From Pasteurella multocida (GTDB lineage Bacteria; Pseudomonadota; Gammaproteobacteria; Enterobacterales; Pasteurellaceae), in contig NZ_LT906458.1 in the NCBI RefSeq assembly GCF_900187275.1, forward strand, positions 1,800,001-1,832,000: a stretch of 32,000 nucleotides of DNA, written 5' to 3'. Under the pieces are notes generated by a model. That model made no database searches. It saw only the letters and a list, made by a program, of their open reading frames with translations, and was not told the DNA's origin. This document shows, piece after piece, positions 1-13,599 of this stretch (position 1 is its first letter; each line of letters begins with the position of its first letter). Position numbers and translations under genes: made by a program.

Positions 1-1
1 A

Positions 2-325
2 GCTGGTCACACCCCACTCCTTACGGCGATTAAACCCGGTATTGTGAAATTAACTCTTGAAGACGGAAAAGAAGAAGTGATCTATGTCTCGGGTGGTTTT
101 TTAGAAGTTCAACCCAATGTGGTTACCGTATTAGCGGATACGGCGATTCGTGGTGATGAATTAGATGGCGATCGTATTTTAGCTGCTAAAAAACGTGCAG
201 AAGAAAATATTCGTACGCGTCATGGCGATGCTAATTATGAAATGTTGGCGTCGAAACTGTCTAAAGAATTAGCGAAACTCCGTGCTTATGAATTAACGGA
301 AAAATTAGTTAAAAATAAACGCTAA
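2..325 (+). CDS. atpC: F0F1 ATP synthase epsilon subunit, C-terminal part (5' end lies outside the window)
   Basis: The frame is open from the window edge ([38 protein letters not shown]...) and collinear with AtpC as I recall it. Stop TAA 323-325 is followed by a hairpin terminator. Confidence 0.9.
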   Translation, partial: AGHTPLLTAIKPGIVKLTLEDGKEEVIYVSGGFLEVQPNVVTVLADTAIRGDELDGDRILAAKKRAEENIRTRHGDANYEMLASKLSKELAKLRAYELTEKLVKNKR

Positions 326-346
326 TTTGACCGCACTTTAAATACC

Positions 347-378
347 AAAAAGACCACATCATGTGGTCTTTCTTTTTC
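347..378. terminator. Bidirectional rho-independent terminator shared by convergent atpC and tusA
   Basis: Palindrome aaagaccacat/atgtggtcttt (349-359 / 361-371), flanked by an A-run on the left and a T-run on the right. A reverse USS (ACCGCACTT) lies at 330-338. Confidence 0.7.
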
Positions 379-382
379 AATT

Positions 383-622
383 TTATTTGCCTTTTTTTAC
401 CCAATATTGAAAGGGAATATGTTCAATCTCACTTTTTAACAGTGTGTGTTCCATAAATTGACAAAAACTGGGAATATCTCTTGTTGTTGCTGGATCATCC
501 GCGATAACTAATAAAACATCGCCTTCCTCTAAAAAACGGATGTGTTTTCTCACCAGCATAACTGGCTCAGGACAGCGTAGGCCTAATGTATCTAATGTTT
601 GTGCTACCCTAATCTCATTCAT
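383..622 (-). CDS. tusA: Sulfur carrier protein TusA (SirA family)
   Basis: 79 aa with the [10 protein letters not shown] motif (the CPxP active-site cysteine typical of TusA). Confidence 0.85.
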   Translation of the reverse strand: MNEIRVAQTLDTLGLRCPEPVMLVRKHIRFLEEGDVLLVIADDPATTRDIPSFCQFMEHTLLKSEIEHIPFQYWVKKGK

Positions 623-634
623 TGATTTTTATCA

Positions 635-662
635 TTGGTTGGCTATATTTAGGCGGTATAAT
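635..662 (+). promoter_or_regulatory. Candidate sigma70 promoter for yigZ-trkH-hemG
   Basis: TATAAT at 657-662 and TTGGTT at 635-640 with a 16-nt spacer, about 40 nt upstream of the yigZ ATG. Confidence 0.35.
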
Positions 663-699
663 ACACCAAACTCAAATTGCGTAAAAGTTCAATAAAACA

Positions 700-1308
700 A
701 TGATTGAATATAAAATCCCAAAAAGTGCGGTCATTTTTGAAGAAGAAATCAAAAAAAGCCGTTTCATCACTTATCTTCAACATGTAGAAAACCTAACACA
801 AGCAAAGGCATTTTGGCAACAAATCAAATCCCAACACCCTCAAGCACGTCATCATTGTTGGGCAACCATTGCTGGCGCGCCCAATGATTCACAACAATTT
901 GGTTTTTCCGATGATGGCGAACCGGCTGGTACAGCGGGTAAGCCGATGTTGTCTGCTTTACAAGGCAGTAAGATTGGTGAAATTTGTGCTGTGGTTGTGC
1001 GTTATTATGGCGGCATTTTATTGGGAACGGGAGGGTTAGTCCGTGCTTATGGCAACGGTGTGCAACAAGCACTGACGTTATTAGAAACCGCAGTAAAAGT
1101 GCAACGTCAATCTTACAAAGTGCACTGTGATTATAGTCATATTAATGCGTTACAACTGCTTTGTGAAAAACAGGATGTGATGATCATAAATCAACATTTT
1201 GTTGATCGTGTAGCATTTGAGTTAGGGATCAGAGATGATAAACTGACAGCATTTGAACAAGCCTTAATTGAACGTTTTAGTGGACAGTTACAATTAGAAA
1301 GAGAGTAA
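700..1308 (+). CDS. yigZ: IMPACT/UPF0029 family protein YigZ
   Basis: 202 aa with the family signature FSDDGEPAGTAGKPML. It sits upstream of trkH-hemG, as in E. coli. Confidence 0.85.
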   Translation: MIEYKIPKSAVIFEEEIKKSRFITYLQHVENLTQAKAFWQQIKSQHPQARHHCWATIAGAPNDSQQFGFSDDGEPAGTAGKPMLSALQGSKIGEICAVVVRYYGGILLGTGGLVRAYGNGVQQALTLLETAVKVQRQSYKVHCDYSHINALQLLCEKQDVMIINQHFVDRVAFELGIRDDKLTAFEQALIERFSGQLQLERE

Positions 1309-1311
1309 ATT

Positions 1312-2775
1312 TTGAGAATATTATCCATTATCCGTATTGTTGGCATTCTTGTGATGTGTTTTTCCCTCACCATGTTAGCACCTGCTTTTGTGGCATTACT
1401 CTATGGTGATGGAGGCGGTAAAGCGTTTATGCAGACTTTTGTAATGAGTGCTATTGTTGGTATGTTATTGTGGTGGCCTTGTCATCACCATAAAGAAGAA
1501 TTACGTTCTCGAGATGGCTTTTTAATTGTGGTGGCATTTTGGTTAGTACTCGGCAGCATCGGGGCCATTCCATTCATGTTGTTTGAGAAACCGCACCTGT
1601 CTTTTTCCTCGGCAATTTTTGAGTCATTTTCTGGCTTAACTACCACGGGTGCTACTGTCATCGAAGGTTTAGACCAACTTCCAAAAGCGATTTTATTTTA
1701 TCGACAGTTACTCCAATGGCTAGGCGGGATGGGGATCATTGTATTAGCGGTAGCGATTATTCCTTTATTAGGTATAGGTGGTACACAGTTATATCGTGCA
1801 GAGTCCTCCGGTCCTTTAAAAGAACAAAAATTACGCCCACGTATTGCTGAAGTAGCAAAACTTCTGTGGATTTTATATTTCTCTCTCACGGTTCTTTGTG
1901 CAATAGCGTATTGGTTTGCTGGCATGAATGCATTTGATGCCATTGGACACAGTTTTTCTACGGTAGCGAACGGTGGATTTTCAACCCATGATGCAAGTAT
2001 GGGGTATTTCAATAATGCGACTATTTATTTGATTACAACCTTCTTTATGCTGATTGCGGGGGTTAATTTTAATTTGCATATTTCCGCGCTGACGTATCTC
2101 GGTAAACAAAATCTCTGGAAAAATTATTGGAAAGATCCTGAATTTCGTTTTTTCGTAGCGATACAAGTACTGTTTATTTTATTATTTTCTCTCTCTTTAT
2201 ATTTTTATGACGTCCTCACAAATTTAAGTGATGCTTTTATTCAGGGTTCATTACAATTGACATCAATGTCAATGACCGCAGGTTATAGTATTTTTGATAT
2301 GAATAACTTACCTGCATTTTCTGCTATGTTATTAGTCATTGCTAGTGTCATCGGCGGATGTGGTGGTTCAACAACAGGTGGCTTAAAAACTATCCGTGTT
2401 TTAATTTTATGGCTACAAGTTAAAAGAGAATTACGTAGTCTTGTCCACCCAAATTTAGTTCAACCAATAAAACTAGGACAAAATATTTTACCTATTCGGA
2501 TGTTAGAAAGTATTTGGGCTTTTCTTATGATTTTTATTTTGGTGTATTGGGTCTGTGTTTTTGCCGTGATTCTTTGTGGTATGGATGTGTTTGATGCTAT
2601 GGGATCTGTTTTTGCAACATTAACCAATGCGGGTCCTGGGCTTGGTGTGATCCACCAAGATTTTCTTAATGTCCCTGAAAGCGCCAAGATTGTTTTTGCA
2701 TTTGCCATGATTTGTGGCCGTTTAGAAATTTTTTCTTTATTAGTTCTCTTTACTCCTACTTTTTGGAAAGAATAA
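1312..2775 (+). CDS. trkH: Trk-system potassium uptake protein TrkH
   Basis: 487 aa polytopic membrane protein. The N-terminus [11 protein letters not shown] aligns with E. coli TrkH MHFRAITRIVG. TTG start at 1312, 3 nt after the yigZ stop, with GAGAG upstream as a possible SD. Confidence 0.9.
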   Translation: MRILSIIRIVGILVMCFSLTMLAPAFVALLYGDGGGKAFMQTFVMSAIVGMLLWWPCHHHKEELRSRDGFLIVVAFWLVLGSIGAIPFMLFEKPHLSFSSAIFESFSGLTTTGATVIEGLDQLPKAILFYRQLLQWLGGMGIIVLAVAIIPLLGIGGTQLYRAESSGPLKEQKLRPRIAEVAKLLWILYFSLTVLCAIAYWFAGMNAFDAIGHSFSTVANGGFSTHDASMGYFNNATIYLITTFFMLIAGVNFNLHISALTYLGKQNLWKNYWKDPEFRFFVAIQVLFILLFSLSLYFYDVLTNLSDAFIQGSLQLTSMSMTAGYSIFDMNNLPAFSAMLLVIASVIGGCGGSTTGGLKTIRVLILWLQVKRELRSLVHPNLVQPIKLGQNILPIRMLESIWAFLMIFILVYWVCVFAVILCGMDVFDAMGSVFATLTNAGPGLGVIHQDFLNVPESAKIVFAFAMICGRLEIFSLLVLFTPTFWKE

Positions 2776-3287
2776 TGAAAACACTGATTCTCTATTCAAG
2801 CCGTGATGGGCAAACGAAAAAAATCGCAGAATTTATTGCTTCGAAATTAAGTGGTGATGTACAAACACAACCTTTGACAGAAAAAACAGATATTACGAAA
2901 GCCGATCGCATCGTAATAGGTGCCTCCATTCGCTATGGGCATTTTGATAAAGTACTTGATAAATTTGTGAAAAAACAGACCGCACTTTTGAGCCAAAAGC
3001 CAAATGCATTTTTTGCAGTTAATCTTACCGCGCGTAAAGCTGGAAAAGATACGCCAGAAACGAATGTCTATGTCAGAAAATTTTTACAGCGTATTGATTG
3101 GCAACCGCATTTAGCGGCGGTTTTTGCTGGAGCATTATATTATCCACGCTATTCTTTTTTTGATCGTACAATGATTCGCTTGATTATGAAAATCACAGGT
3201 GGAGAAACAGATACCAGCAAAGAAATTGAATACACTGATTGGCAGAAAGTTGAATTTTTCACAGAGCAATTTGAGAAGCTTAAATAA
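2775..3287 (+). CDS. hemG: Menaquinone-dependent protoporphyrinogen oxidase HemG (flavodoxin-like)
   Basis: [21 protein letters not shown] is a flavodoxin-like N-terminus. The ATG at 2775 overlaps the trkH stop (TAATG). The track ORF start at 2712 is an in-frame upstream extension inside trkH. Confidence 0.85.
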   Translation: MKTLILYSSRDGQTKKIAEFIASKLSGDVQTQPLTEKTDITKADRIVIGASIRYGHFDKVLDKFVKKQTALLSQKPNAFFAVNLTARKAGKDTPETNVYVRKFLQRIDWQPHLAAVFAGALYYPRYSFFDRTMIRLIMKITGGETDTSKEIEYTDWQKVEFFTEQFEKLK

Positions 3288-3371
3288 AGTACATGTTTTG
3301 TTTGTTTTTATAGCGGAAAAATCATTTTTGGTTAATAAAAGAGCTGTCAGTAAAAAAAATGAAAAAAGCGC

Positions 3372-3399
3372 TTGCGTGAAAATCTGAAATCCCTATAAT
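3372..3399 (+). promoter_or_regulatory. rrn P1 promoter
   Basis: TTGCGT (3372-3377), 16-nt spacer, TATAAT (3394-3399). The following discriminator GCACCTCCGC is G+C-rich and the upstream tract (about 3335-3370) is A-rich and UP-like. The CCCTATAATGC context resembles E. coli rrnB P1. Confidence 0.7.
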
Positions 3400-3489
3400 G
3401 CACCTCCGCACCGCAAGGGAGGCAAGCGAAAGGAAAGCGTAATGCTTTTTGTTGTTTTAAAAGGTAAGCAGTCTTTAAAATAAAATGGC

Positions 3490-3518
3490 TTGACATAGAA
3501 TAGAGATTTGATTATCAT
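3490..3518 (+). promoter_or_regulatory. rrn P2 promoter
   Basis: TTGACA (3490-3495), 17-nt spacer, TATCAT (3513-3518), about 115 nt downstream of P1, matching the tandem P1/P2 layout of enterobacterial rrn operons. Confidence 0.55.
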
Positions 3519-3539
3519 TTTCGTCCTTGCTTAGTGCAA

Positions 3540-3552
3540 CGTTCTTTAACAA
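3540..3552 (+). promoter_or_regulatory. Leader boxA antitermination element
   Basis: CGTTCTTTAACAA compared with E. coli rrn boxA TGCTCTTTAACAA. Confidence 0.65.
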
Positions 3553-3560
3553 TCTAACAG

Positions 3561-3580
3561 ACAATCTGTGTGGGCACTTG
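3561..3580 (+). other. 5' half of the pre-16S processing stem (RNase III-type)
   Basis: ACAATCTGTGTGGGCACTTG is complementary to 5267-5286 (CAAGTGTTCACACAGATTGT). This gives 20 pairs, two of them G-U, bracketing the 16S gene. Confidence 0.7.
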
Positions 3581-3707
3581 TTGATTGATTTCATTTAAAA
3601 AATTTTAAATTTGAAGTCTTAATAGGTGCTTAATACTGAAAATTCATGATACTTTTGAAGTAAATGTAAACTTTTAGCTAAGCAGTTTATTGAGCGATTG
3701 AACTTTG

Positions 3708-5248
<1,541 letters not shown>

Positions 5249-5266
5249 CCTAAAATGGAACGACTG

Positions 5267-5286
5267 CAAGTGTTCACACAGATTGT
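5267..5286 (+). other. 3' half of the pre-16S processing stem
   Basis: Reverse complement of 3561-3580 apart from two G-U positions. Confidence 0.7.
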
Positions 5287-5331
5287 TTGGTAGATTGTGT
5301 CAATGAAGAGACAAAAAACCGAAATCCTTTT

Positions 5332-5408
<77 letters not shown>

Positions 5409-5469
5409 CTCAAGCGAAAGCAAAAGAGTGAAGCGAAAAGGGATGACGGCGCATTGTAATGATGTGAAT

Positions 5470-5545
5470 GGGGATATAGCTCAGCTGGGAGAGCGCCTGC
5501 CTTGCACGCAGGAGGTCAGCGGTTCGATCCCGCTTATCTCCACCA
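5470..5545 (+). tRNA. alaT: tRNA-Ala (anticodon UGC)
   Basis: GGGGATATAGCTCAGCTGGGAGAGCGCCTGCCTTGCACGCAGGAGGTCAGCGGTTCGATCCCGCTTATCTCCACCA. It has the G3-U70 identity pair and an encoded CCA. Confidence 0.97.
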
Positions 5546-5667
5546 AATCATCATTGCTAAGTGTTTTGTGTAAATGGCATTAGTCTGGATAGGTTAATGG
5601 TTTTTACATTAAGAATATTTAGCAATGATGAGCGAAAAATGGCGAAGCCATTTTGACTTGTCTTTAT

Positions 5668-5680
5668 TGTTCTTTAAAAA
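5668..5680 (+). promoter_or_regulatory. Spacer boxA-like element upstream of 23S
   Basis: TGTTCTTTAAAAA in the ITS, similar to the leader boxA. Confidence 0.5.
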
Positions 5681-5866
5681 ATTGGAAACAAGCTGAAAAA
5701 CTGAAGAGATTTTCGAAAGAAAGTCTGAGTAGAAAAAATCTTGCATGAAAAAAGGCATGCAAGTGTTTAGCGTTTAAACACAACATCAAGGTGATGAAAC
5801 TTGATTAATGCATTAGCAAAGGTTAATGGATTAATTGAGATTAAGTAAGAATACTTGAGGTTGTAT

Positions 5867-8766
<2,900 letters not shown>

Positions 8767-8916
8767 ACAACGCTCAAGTGTTTTTGGGTGTTGAGTGAGA
8801 TGTTAGACGAAGACGAAGAAGAGAAAATTACTTTAGACAGCTTGTTTTTGATTAAAGTGCGAGAGTGAAGAAAGCACGAAGGAAGAACAGAAGAATAGAG
8901 AAGACATCAACCGAAT

Positions 8917-9036
8917 ATCTTGGCGGCGATAGTGCAGTGGACCCACCTAACTCCATGCCGAACTTAGAAGTGAAACGCTGTAACGCCGATGGTAGTGTGG
9001 GGCTTCCCCATGTGAGAGTAGGACACCGCCAGGTCT
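8917..9036 (+). rRNA. rrf: 5S ribosomal RNA
   Basis: 120 nt collinear with E. coli 5S (…CCCACCTNACNCCATGCCGAACTNAGAAGTGAAACGC…GATGGTAGTGTGGGG…). The terminal helix is ATCTTGGCGG / CCGCCAGGTCT. Confidence 0.95.
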
Positions 9037-9046
9037 GAATGAGAAG

Positions 9047-9078
9047 AAACCTCAAGTAGAGATACTTGAGGTTTTTTT
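9047..9078 (+). terminator. rrn operon rho-independent terminator
   Basis: A 12-bp stem AAACCTCAAGTA / TACTTGAGGTTT with loop GAGA, followed by T7. Confidence 0.85.
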
Positions 9079-9160
9079 GTGTTTGGAGAGAGTGGGGATA
9101 TGGGGAGAGTGTCATTCGCATAACAAGAAGTATAGTCATTACCCAAAAATCAAGCAGGAC

Positions 9161-9235
9161 TAAGCAGTAATACAGTAATTAAGAAGCAATTAAGAAACAG
9201 CAATTAATGAGCAGTCAAGAGGCAATTAGGCAGGC
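9161..9235. repeat. Degenerate short-period repeat patch (core GCAATTAAG / CAGTAAT)
   Basis: taaGCAGTAAt aCAGTAATtaag aaGCAATTAAG aaacaGCAATTAAtg aGCAGTCAAG agGCAATTAGG. That is five to six imperfect copies spaced roughly 10-14 nt apart, with stop codons in all frames. Confidence 0.4.
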
Positions 9236-9346
9236 TGTTTGGGGGAATCGTCGCTTTGTGCTTTATTCATAAATCTCAATGCCACCAGAACAAAGTACTT
9301 TTGCTACCGATTGGTTATTTTTAAATACTTCCACACCATTTTCATC

Positions 9347-9703
9347 CTAAGCTTTAGGATTGGTATAAAAAATATGATACGTATAATTACCACTTGTTAG
9401 CTCGTAGAAACGTTTTATTTCGATTGCGCCTTTCGTGATAACCCCTTTTATAATGTTTTCAATATGACTTGTTAGTGTAAGTTCTGGATTATTAAGATTT
9501 GCACCAAAGCGATAGATATAGACTTTATCATATTTGTTTAATTGAATGATTTTTCCTTGATTTGTTCTGTAAGTAAAGATGGGTTCTTCTTGTTGTTGAG
9601 AAGATTCCTGATAAGATTTATCCAACATAGGAATACTTGTATTAGCGGCATTAAGAGAAAAGCTGGCACAGACGAATGGAAGGAAAAAATATACTGACTT
9701 CAT
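9347..9703 (-). CDS. Hypothetical small secreted protein (118 aa), family not recognised
   Basis: Strong SD (AAGGAG) 7 nt before the ATG. N-terminal signal peptide MKSVYFFLPFVCASFSLNA/AN. AT-rich by eye, with its own AT-rich upstream region and flanked by the rrn and yfbU terminators. Confidence 0.6.
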   Translation of the reverse strand: MKSVYFFLPFVCASFSLNAANTSIPMLDKSYQESSQQQEEPIFTYRTNQGKIIQLNKYDKVYIYRFGANLNNPELTLTSHIENIIKGVITKGAIEIKRFYELTSGNYTYHIFYTNPKA

Positions 9704-9813
9704 ATTATGCTCCTTTTTTATTATGGGATCATAGAAAGTATGTGCATTTTTTCTTTAAACAAAAACGTTTATTTTTTTAGATGTTATAAAATGATATATC
9801 CATTTTTGTGGAT

Positions 9814-9837
9814 AAAAAAGGGAAGCCATTGCTTCCC
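9814..9837 (-). terminator. Terminator of the mlaA-yfbU transcription unit
   Basis: On the minus strand, GGGAAGC-AATG-GCTTCCC is followed by T6, 27 nt after the yfbU stop. Confidence 0.7.
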
Positions 9838-9864
9838 CTTTGTTTAATACGTTGTTCTTTGATG

Positions 9865-10359
9865 CTATGCATTTAAGATATTTTGAATTTCAGTCATGCT
9901 TAAGTGGTAACCATGTGGACAAGCATGCCAAACATCTAACATACGCATATATTTATCCCACATTGGGACTTGTGAGTCACAACCGTGTTCACAACGCATA
10001 AATTCTTGATATTTTCCTTCTACACCAGTGATGAAACGCAAATAATTTAAATATTTTTTCTCACGTACGGCACAATAACCCGCAAATTGTAAACGATGTG
10101 GTGTGAGAGCTGATTTATCACTCAGGTTGTTGTAAGACGTTTGTAAGGCGTTGTACATTTCTAAGGTATCTAATACAGTTTGGCATTCCTGTTCTGACAC
10201 ATCGGAAAATTCTTTATCTAATTCTTTGAGTTCTAAGGCAAATCCGCCTTTTACAATGGCTTCGAGGCGCTGATATTTTTGTGCATTTTGACTATCTAAT
10301 AAGCCCATTAATTTATATTGGTTGGCCAAGATTAAACGTTGTGTCGATGTCATTTCCAT
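9865..10359 (-). CDS. yfbU: YfbU family protein (UPF0304)
   Basis: 164 aa; MEMTSTQRLILANQYKLMGLLD... is collinear with YfbU as I recall it. It lies 12 nt downstream of mlaA on the same strand. Confidence 0.8.
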   Translation of the reverse strand: MEMTSTQRLILANQYKLMGLLDSQNAQKYQRLEAIVKGGFALELKELDKEFSDVSEQECQTVLDTLEMYNALQTSYNNLSDKSALTPHRLQFAGYCAVREKKYLNYLRFITGVEGKYQEFMRCEHGCDSQVPMWDKYMRMLDVWHACPHGYHLSMTEIQNILNA

Positions 10360-10371
10360 AATGTATTCCTT

Positions 10372-11112
10372 TTAATCAATTTCATTTAAGATATCTTGAG
10401 CGAGATCCTGTTTTGGTGTGCTTACTTTGCCGTCTTTCACTCGATATTCAAGGTTTTGGAAATAAGCTTCACGGAAAGTAATATACGGATCTTGTGATTG
10501 TTCTAATAAGGCATCTTTATCTAATGCTTTAGCGCGACCGTCAATAATTTGTACGCCAGATTTTAAGAGTGACCAAGGTCCTAATAAAGATAACATTGGG
10601 TAGGTGGTATCCGCCAAATTACCAATGTCTTGGCGTGGTGTGGCTGGTCCATAAAGTGGTAGCATGACATAAGAACCAGTTTCAACCCCATAGCGTCCGA
10701 GTGTATCACCAAAACGGCTTTGATTTTCTACTCTTAACGGTGGGCTATAGCTTGCCACATCAATTAACCCACCGATACCAAATACCGTATTAATCCAAAA
10801 ACGATTGAAGTGAGTCATCGCTTTTTTAAATTCACCTGAAAGTAAGCGGTTTACAAAACTGGCTGGTTCATCTAGGTTATTCGCAACATTCGTTAAACCG
10901 GATTTTACAGGTGTTGGAACATACTCTTTCCAACCTGTCGCAACAGGTTTTAACAGATAAGGATCAACTACTTTATAGTTAAAATCCCACATTGTGCGGT
11001 TAAAGCCTTCTAATGGATCTTTACGCTCACCTGTTTTTGAATCAATAGTCGCACAGCCACTTAATACTGTGGCAGCTAAGAACAAGGTTACGAGACGTTT
11101 GGTTTTTTTCAT
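10372..11112 (-). CDS. mlaA: Outer-membrane lipoprotein MlaA (VacJ), phospholipid asymmetry maintenance
   Basis: Lipobox LSGC, then DPLEGFNRTMWDFNY and the rest of the VacJ/MlaA core. Confidence 0.9.
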   Translation of the reverse strand: MKKTKRLVTLFLAATVLSGCATIDSKTGERKDPLEGFNRTMWDFNYKVVDPYLLKPVATGWKEYVPTPVKSGLTNVANNLDEPASFVNRLLSGEFKKAMTHFNRFWINTVFGIGGLIDVASYSPPLRVENQSRFGDTLGRYGVETGSYVMLPLYGPATPRQDIGNLADTTYPMLSLLGPWSLLKSGVQIIDGRAKALDKDALLEQSQDPYITFREAYFQNLEYRVKDGKVSTPKQDLAQDILNEID

Positions 11113-11205
11113 ATCCGCTCTCTATAAGATGAAAAGAAATACCATTTTAGCAAGTTAATGCATAACTACAAGACAATTTATTGTGGCGGAAAAAATGTGT
11201 ACTTT

Positions 11206-11244
11206 TTTGTATTTTTATGCAATATTATTGTATAAATATTCATT
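11206..11244 (+). promoter_or_regulatory. Tandem ARG boxes (putative ArgR operator) overlapping a candidate carA promoter
   Basis: Box A 11206-11223 is TTTGTATTTTTATGCAAT and box B 11227-11244 is ATTGTATAAATATTCATT. Against the consensus WNTGAATWWWWATTCANW they have 2 and 1 mismatches. They are separated by exactly 3 bp, as in canonical ArgR operators. TTGTAT (11207-11212) and TATAAA (11231-11236) could serve as -35 and -10. Confidence 0.6.
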
Positions 11245-11459
11245 TTAACGTTTGCGAAATAGCTTGAATAATTACGTATTGTCCATTAGAATTGCGAAGT
11301 TTAACTTTTGGCAAGGGATTTTCTTCCACAAGTTAATTTTCAGACACGATTTAGTTTGCTCAGCGAAACCCGAAAGCGCGGTGAATTTTCGTAAACTTTA
11401 CTAGATTGTGGTTAATGAACATTCGTAAGTGTTCAACCAAAACAAATTAGGAGTAATTT

Positions 11460-12617
11460 ATGTCTGAACCAGCAATTTTGGTATTGGCTGATGGGAGTGT
11501 TTTCCATGGCAGCTCTATTGGAGCAAAAGGCCACACCGTAGGCGAAGTGGTGTTTAATACCGCTATGACAGGCTATCAGGAAATTCTAACGGACCCTTCT
11601 TATTTTCGACAAATCGTCACCTTAACTTATCCTCACATTGGCAATACCGGTACAAATCTAGAAGATTGCGAAGCGAATCACGTTTATGCCTCAGGACTGA
11701 TTATTCGCGATTTACCCTTATTACACAGCAATTTCCGTTCATCCATGAGTTTGCGTGATTATCTTCAAACCCATAATGTGGTTGCTATTGCGGATATCGA
11801 CACACGCCGTTTAACCCGTATTTTACGTGATAAAGGTGCGCAAGCGGGTTGTATCATGACCGGTGAGATTGATGAAGCCAAAGCCCTTGAGTTAGCGAAA
11901 AGTTTTGGGTCTATGGCGGGCAAAGATCTTGCACAAGAAGTGAGTACGGGTGAAATTTTTACTTGGACATCCGGTCAATGGCAATTGGGTAAAGGGTTTA
12001 TTGAACAAACTCAAGCGGAATTTAATGTGGTGGCTTATGACTTTGGTGTCAAACACAATATTTTAAGAATGCTTGCTGAGCGTGGTTGCAAAATCACCGT
12101 TGTACCGGCAAAAACCAGTGCAGAGCAAGTGTTAGCATTAAATCCAGATGGCATTTTCTTGTCTAATGGACCAGGCGATCCGGAACCTTGTGATTATGCC
12201 ATTTCCGCTATTCAAACCTTATTAGCCTCAAAGAAACCCATTTTTGGTATTTGTTTAGGTCATCAGTTATTAGGTTTAGCAGCAGGTGGTAAAACTAAAA
12301 AAATGGCATTTGGGCATCATGGTGCTAATCACCCCGTACAAGATTTGAATACACAAAAAGTGTTTATCACGAGTCAAAATCATGGTTTTGAAGTAGATGA
12401 AGCGAGCTTGCCAAGTCATGTGCGTGTGACACATCGTTCATTATTTGACAATTCTGTACAGGGTATTGAACTCAGTGATCAGTCTGCGTTTTCTTTCCAA
12501 GGGCACCCTGAGGCGAGTCCAGGTCCAAATGATGTGGCTTATTTATTTGATAAATTTATTAATGAAATGCGCAAGGCAAATTTAAGTCAGTTATCGACTT
12601 ATGTCGCGCACCATTAG
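11460..12617 (+). CDS. carA: Carbamoyl-phosphate synthase small (glutaminase) subunit
   Basis: 385 aa with the GATase triad context GICLGHQLL and a strong SD (AGGAG) upstream. Confidence 0.95.
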   Translation: MSEPAILVLADGSVFHGSSIGAKGHTVGEVVFNTAMTGYQEILTDPSYFRQIVTLTYPHIGNTGTNLEDCEANHVYASGLIIRDLPLLHSNFRSSMSLRDYLQTHNVVAIADIDTRRLTRILRDKGAQAGCIMTGEIDEAKALELAKSFGSMAGKDLAQEVSTGEIFTWTSGQWQLGKGFIEQTQAEFNVVAYDFGVKHNILRMLAERGCKITVVPAKTSAEQVLALNPDGIFLSNGPGDPEPCDYAISAIQTLLASKKPIFGICLGHQLLGLAAGGKTKKMAFGHHGANHPVQDLNTQKVFITSQNHGFEVDEASLPSHVRVTHRSLFDNSVQGIELSDQSAFSFQGHPEASPGPNDVAYLFDKFINEMRKANLSQLSTYVAHH

Positions 12618-12698
12618 TGAGGCTATGCGTAGGTTGAGGTAGTACTACGCCTTATTTATTAAATCATGACCGCATTTTCATTCAACTTTTGAGGCTCG

Positions 12699-13571
12699 AT
12701 GATGTTAACCCCTTATGCATATCACTTGGTTAATGTGTTTGCCGAAACCTATTTTGGCGGCAATCCGTTAGCGGTTTTTCCTCAAGCTGATGGACTGACT
12801 GATCAACAAATGCAGTTAATTGCACGTCAATTTAACCTATCCGAAACCGTTTTTGTCCATCAAACAACAGAAAGCAGTGCGGTAAGAAAATTACGTATTT
12901 TTACCCCTGATTATGAATTACCTTTTGCAGGACATCCGACAATTGGTGCGGCGTTTGTGTTACATCAGCAGTTAAACCTACCCGAAACTTATCTTTTACA
13001 AACACAGGCTGGCTTGGTGAAGTTGTTTCATGAAGCGAAGCAGATTTGCTTTGGTTTACAAAACCATATTGAAGTGGAGGTGATTGATGACAATCTTCCT
13101 CAATATACGCAATTATTAGGTTTAAGCGAGTCAGATATTGCTCAAATTGCGTGGGTTAATACCGGCAGTCGCCAATTACTGATCCAATTAACCTCTCTCA
13201 ACGCCCTTAAAACTTGCCAAATTCATCCCGCACTTTTTCAGCAAATTGTGAAACAATCTGCGCTTTATCTTTGGTTTGTAGAACAAAATCAAGCCAATGT
13301 GCGACTCTTTTTTGGTTCAAACGGTGCGGTTGTCGAAGATCCCGGGACAGGTTCAGCGGCTGCAAATTTAGGGGGCTTATGCCTTAAAAACGGCTTAACA
13401 CCACTCAATTGGCGCATTTATCAAGGTGATGAAATCCAACGCCCGAACCGTTTAACCTTACAAGTCGATGAATCTGAAACCATTTATGTGGGCGGTAAAG
13501 TGATTGCGGTAGGATGTGGAGAGTTGTTTGTGCCGAGTAGAGAGGGTGAACCAAGTCAAGGAAGTCGTTAA
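12699..13571 (+). CDS. PhzF-family isomerase-like protein (YddE-like)
   Basis: 290 aa; VFAETYFGGNPLAVF and the FNLSETVFV motif, which contains the conserved catalytic Glu of PhzF-family enzymes. Confidence 0.85.
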   Translation: MMLTPYAYHLVNVFAETYFGGNPLAVFPQADGLTDQQMQLIARQFNLSETVFVHQTTESSAVRKLRIFTPDYELPFAGHPTIGAAFVLHQQLNLPETYLLQTQAGLVKLFHEAKQICFGLQNHIEVEVIDDNLPQYTQLLGLSESDIAQIAWVNTGSRQLLIQLTSLNALKTCQIHPALFQQIVKQSALYLWFVEQNQANVRLFFGSNGAVVEDPGTGSAAANLGGLCLKNGLTPLNWRIYQGDEIQRPNRLTLQVDESETIYVGGKVIAVGCGELFVPSREGEPSQGSR

Positions 13572-13599
13572 GCTTGTGTACAGTGAGGAACTCGAAAAA

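Noticed and set aside
2712-2774. Upstream extension of the hemG ORF ([21 protein letters not shown]...)
   Set aside because: It lies entirely inside the trkH 3' end. The flavodoxin-like N-terminus begins at ATG 2775, which is coupled to the trkH stop (TAATG).
11263-11280. A third ARG box (CTTGAATAATTACGTATT)
   Set aside because: Only the left half matches (TGAAT), and it is out of the 21-bp phase with the tandem boxes. It is treated as a possible half-site only.
13516-13599. Upstream extension of the DJ-1/PfpI ORF overlapping the PhzF-like gene
   Set aside because: The extension has no family-like sequence, whereas ATG 13600 has a GAGGAA SD and starts the conserved fold.
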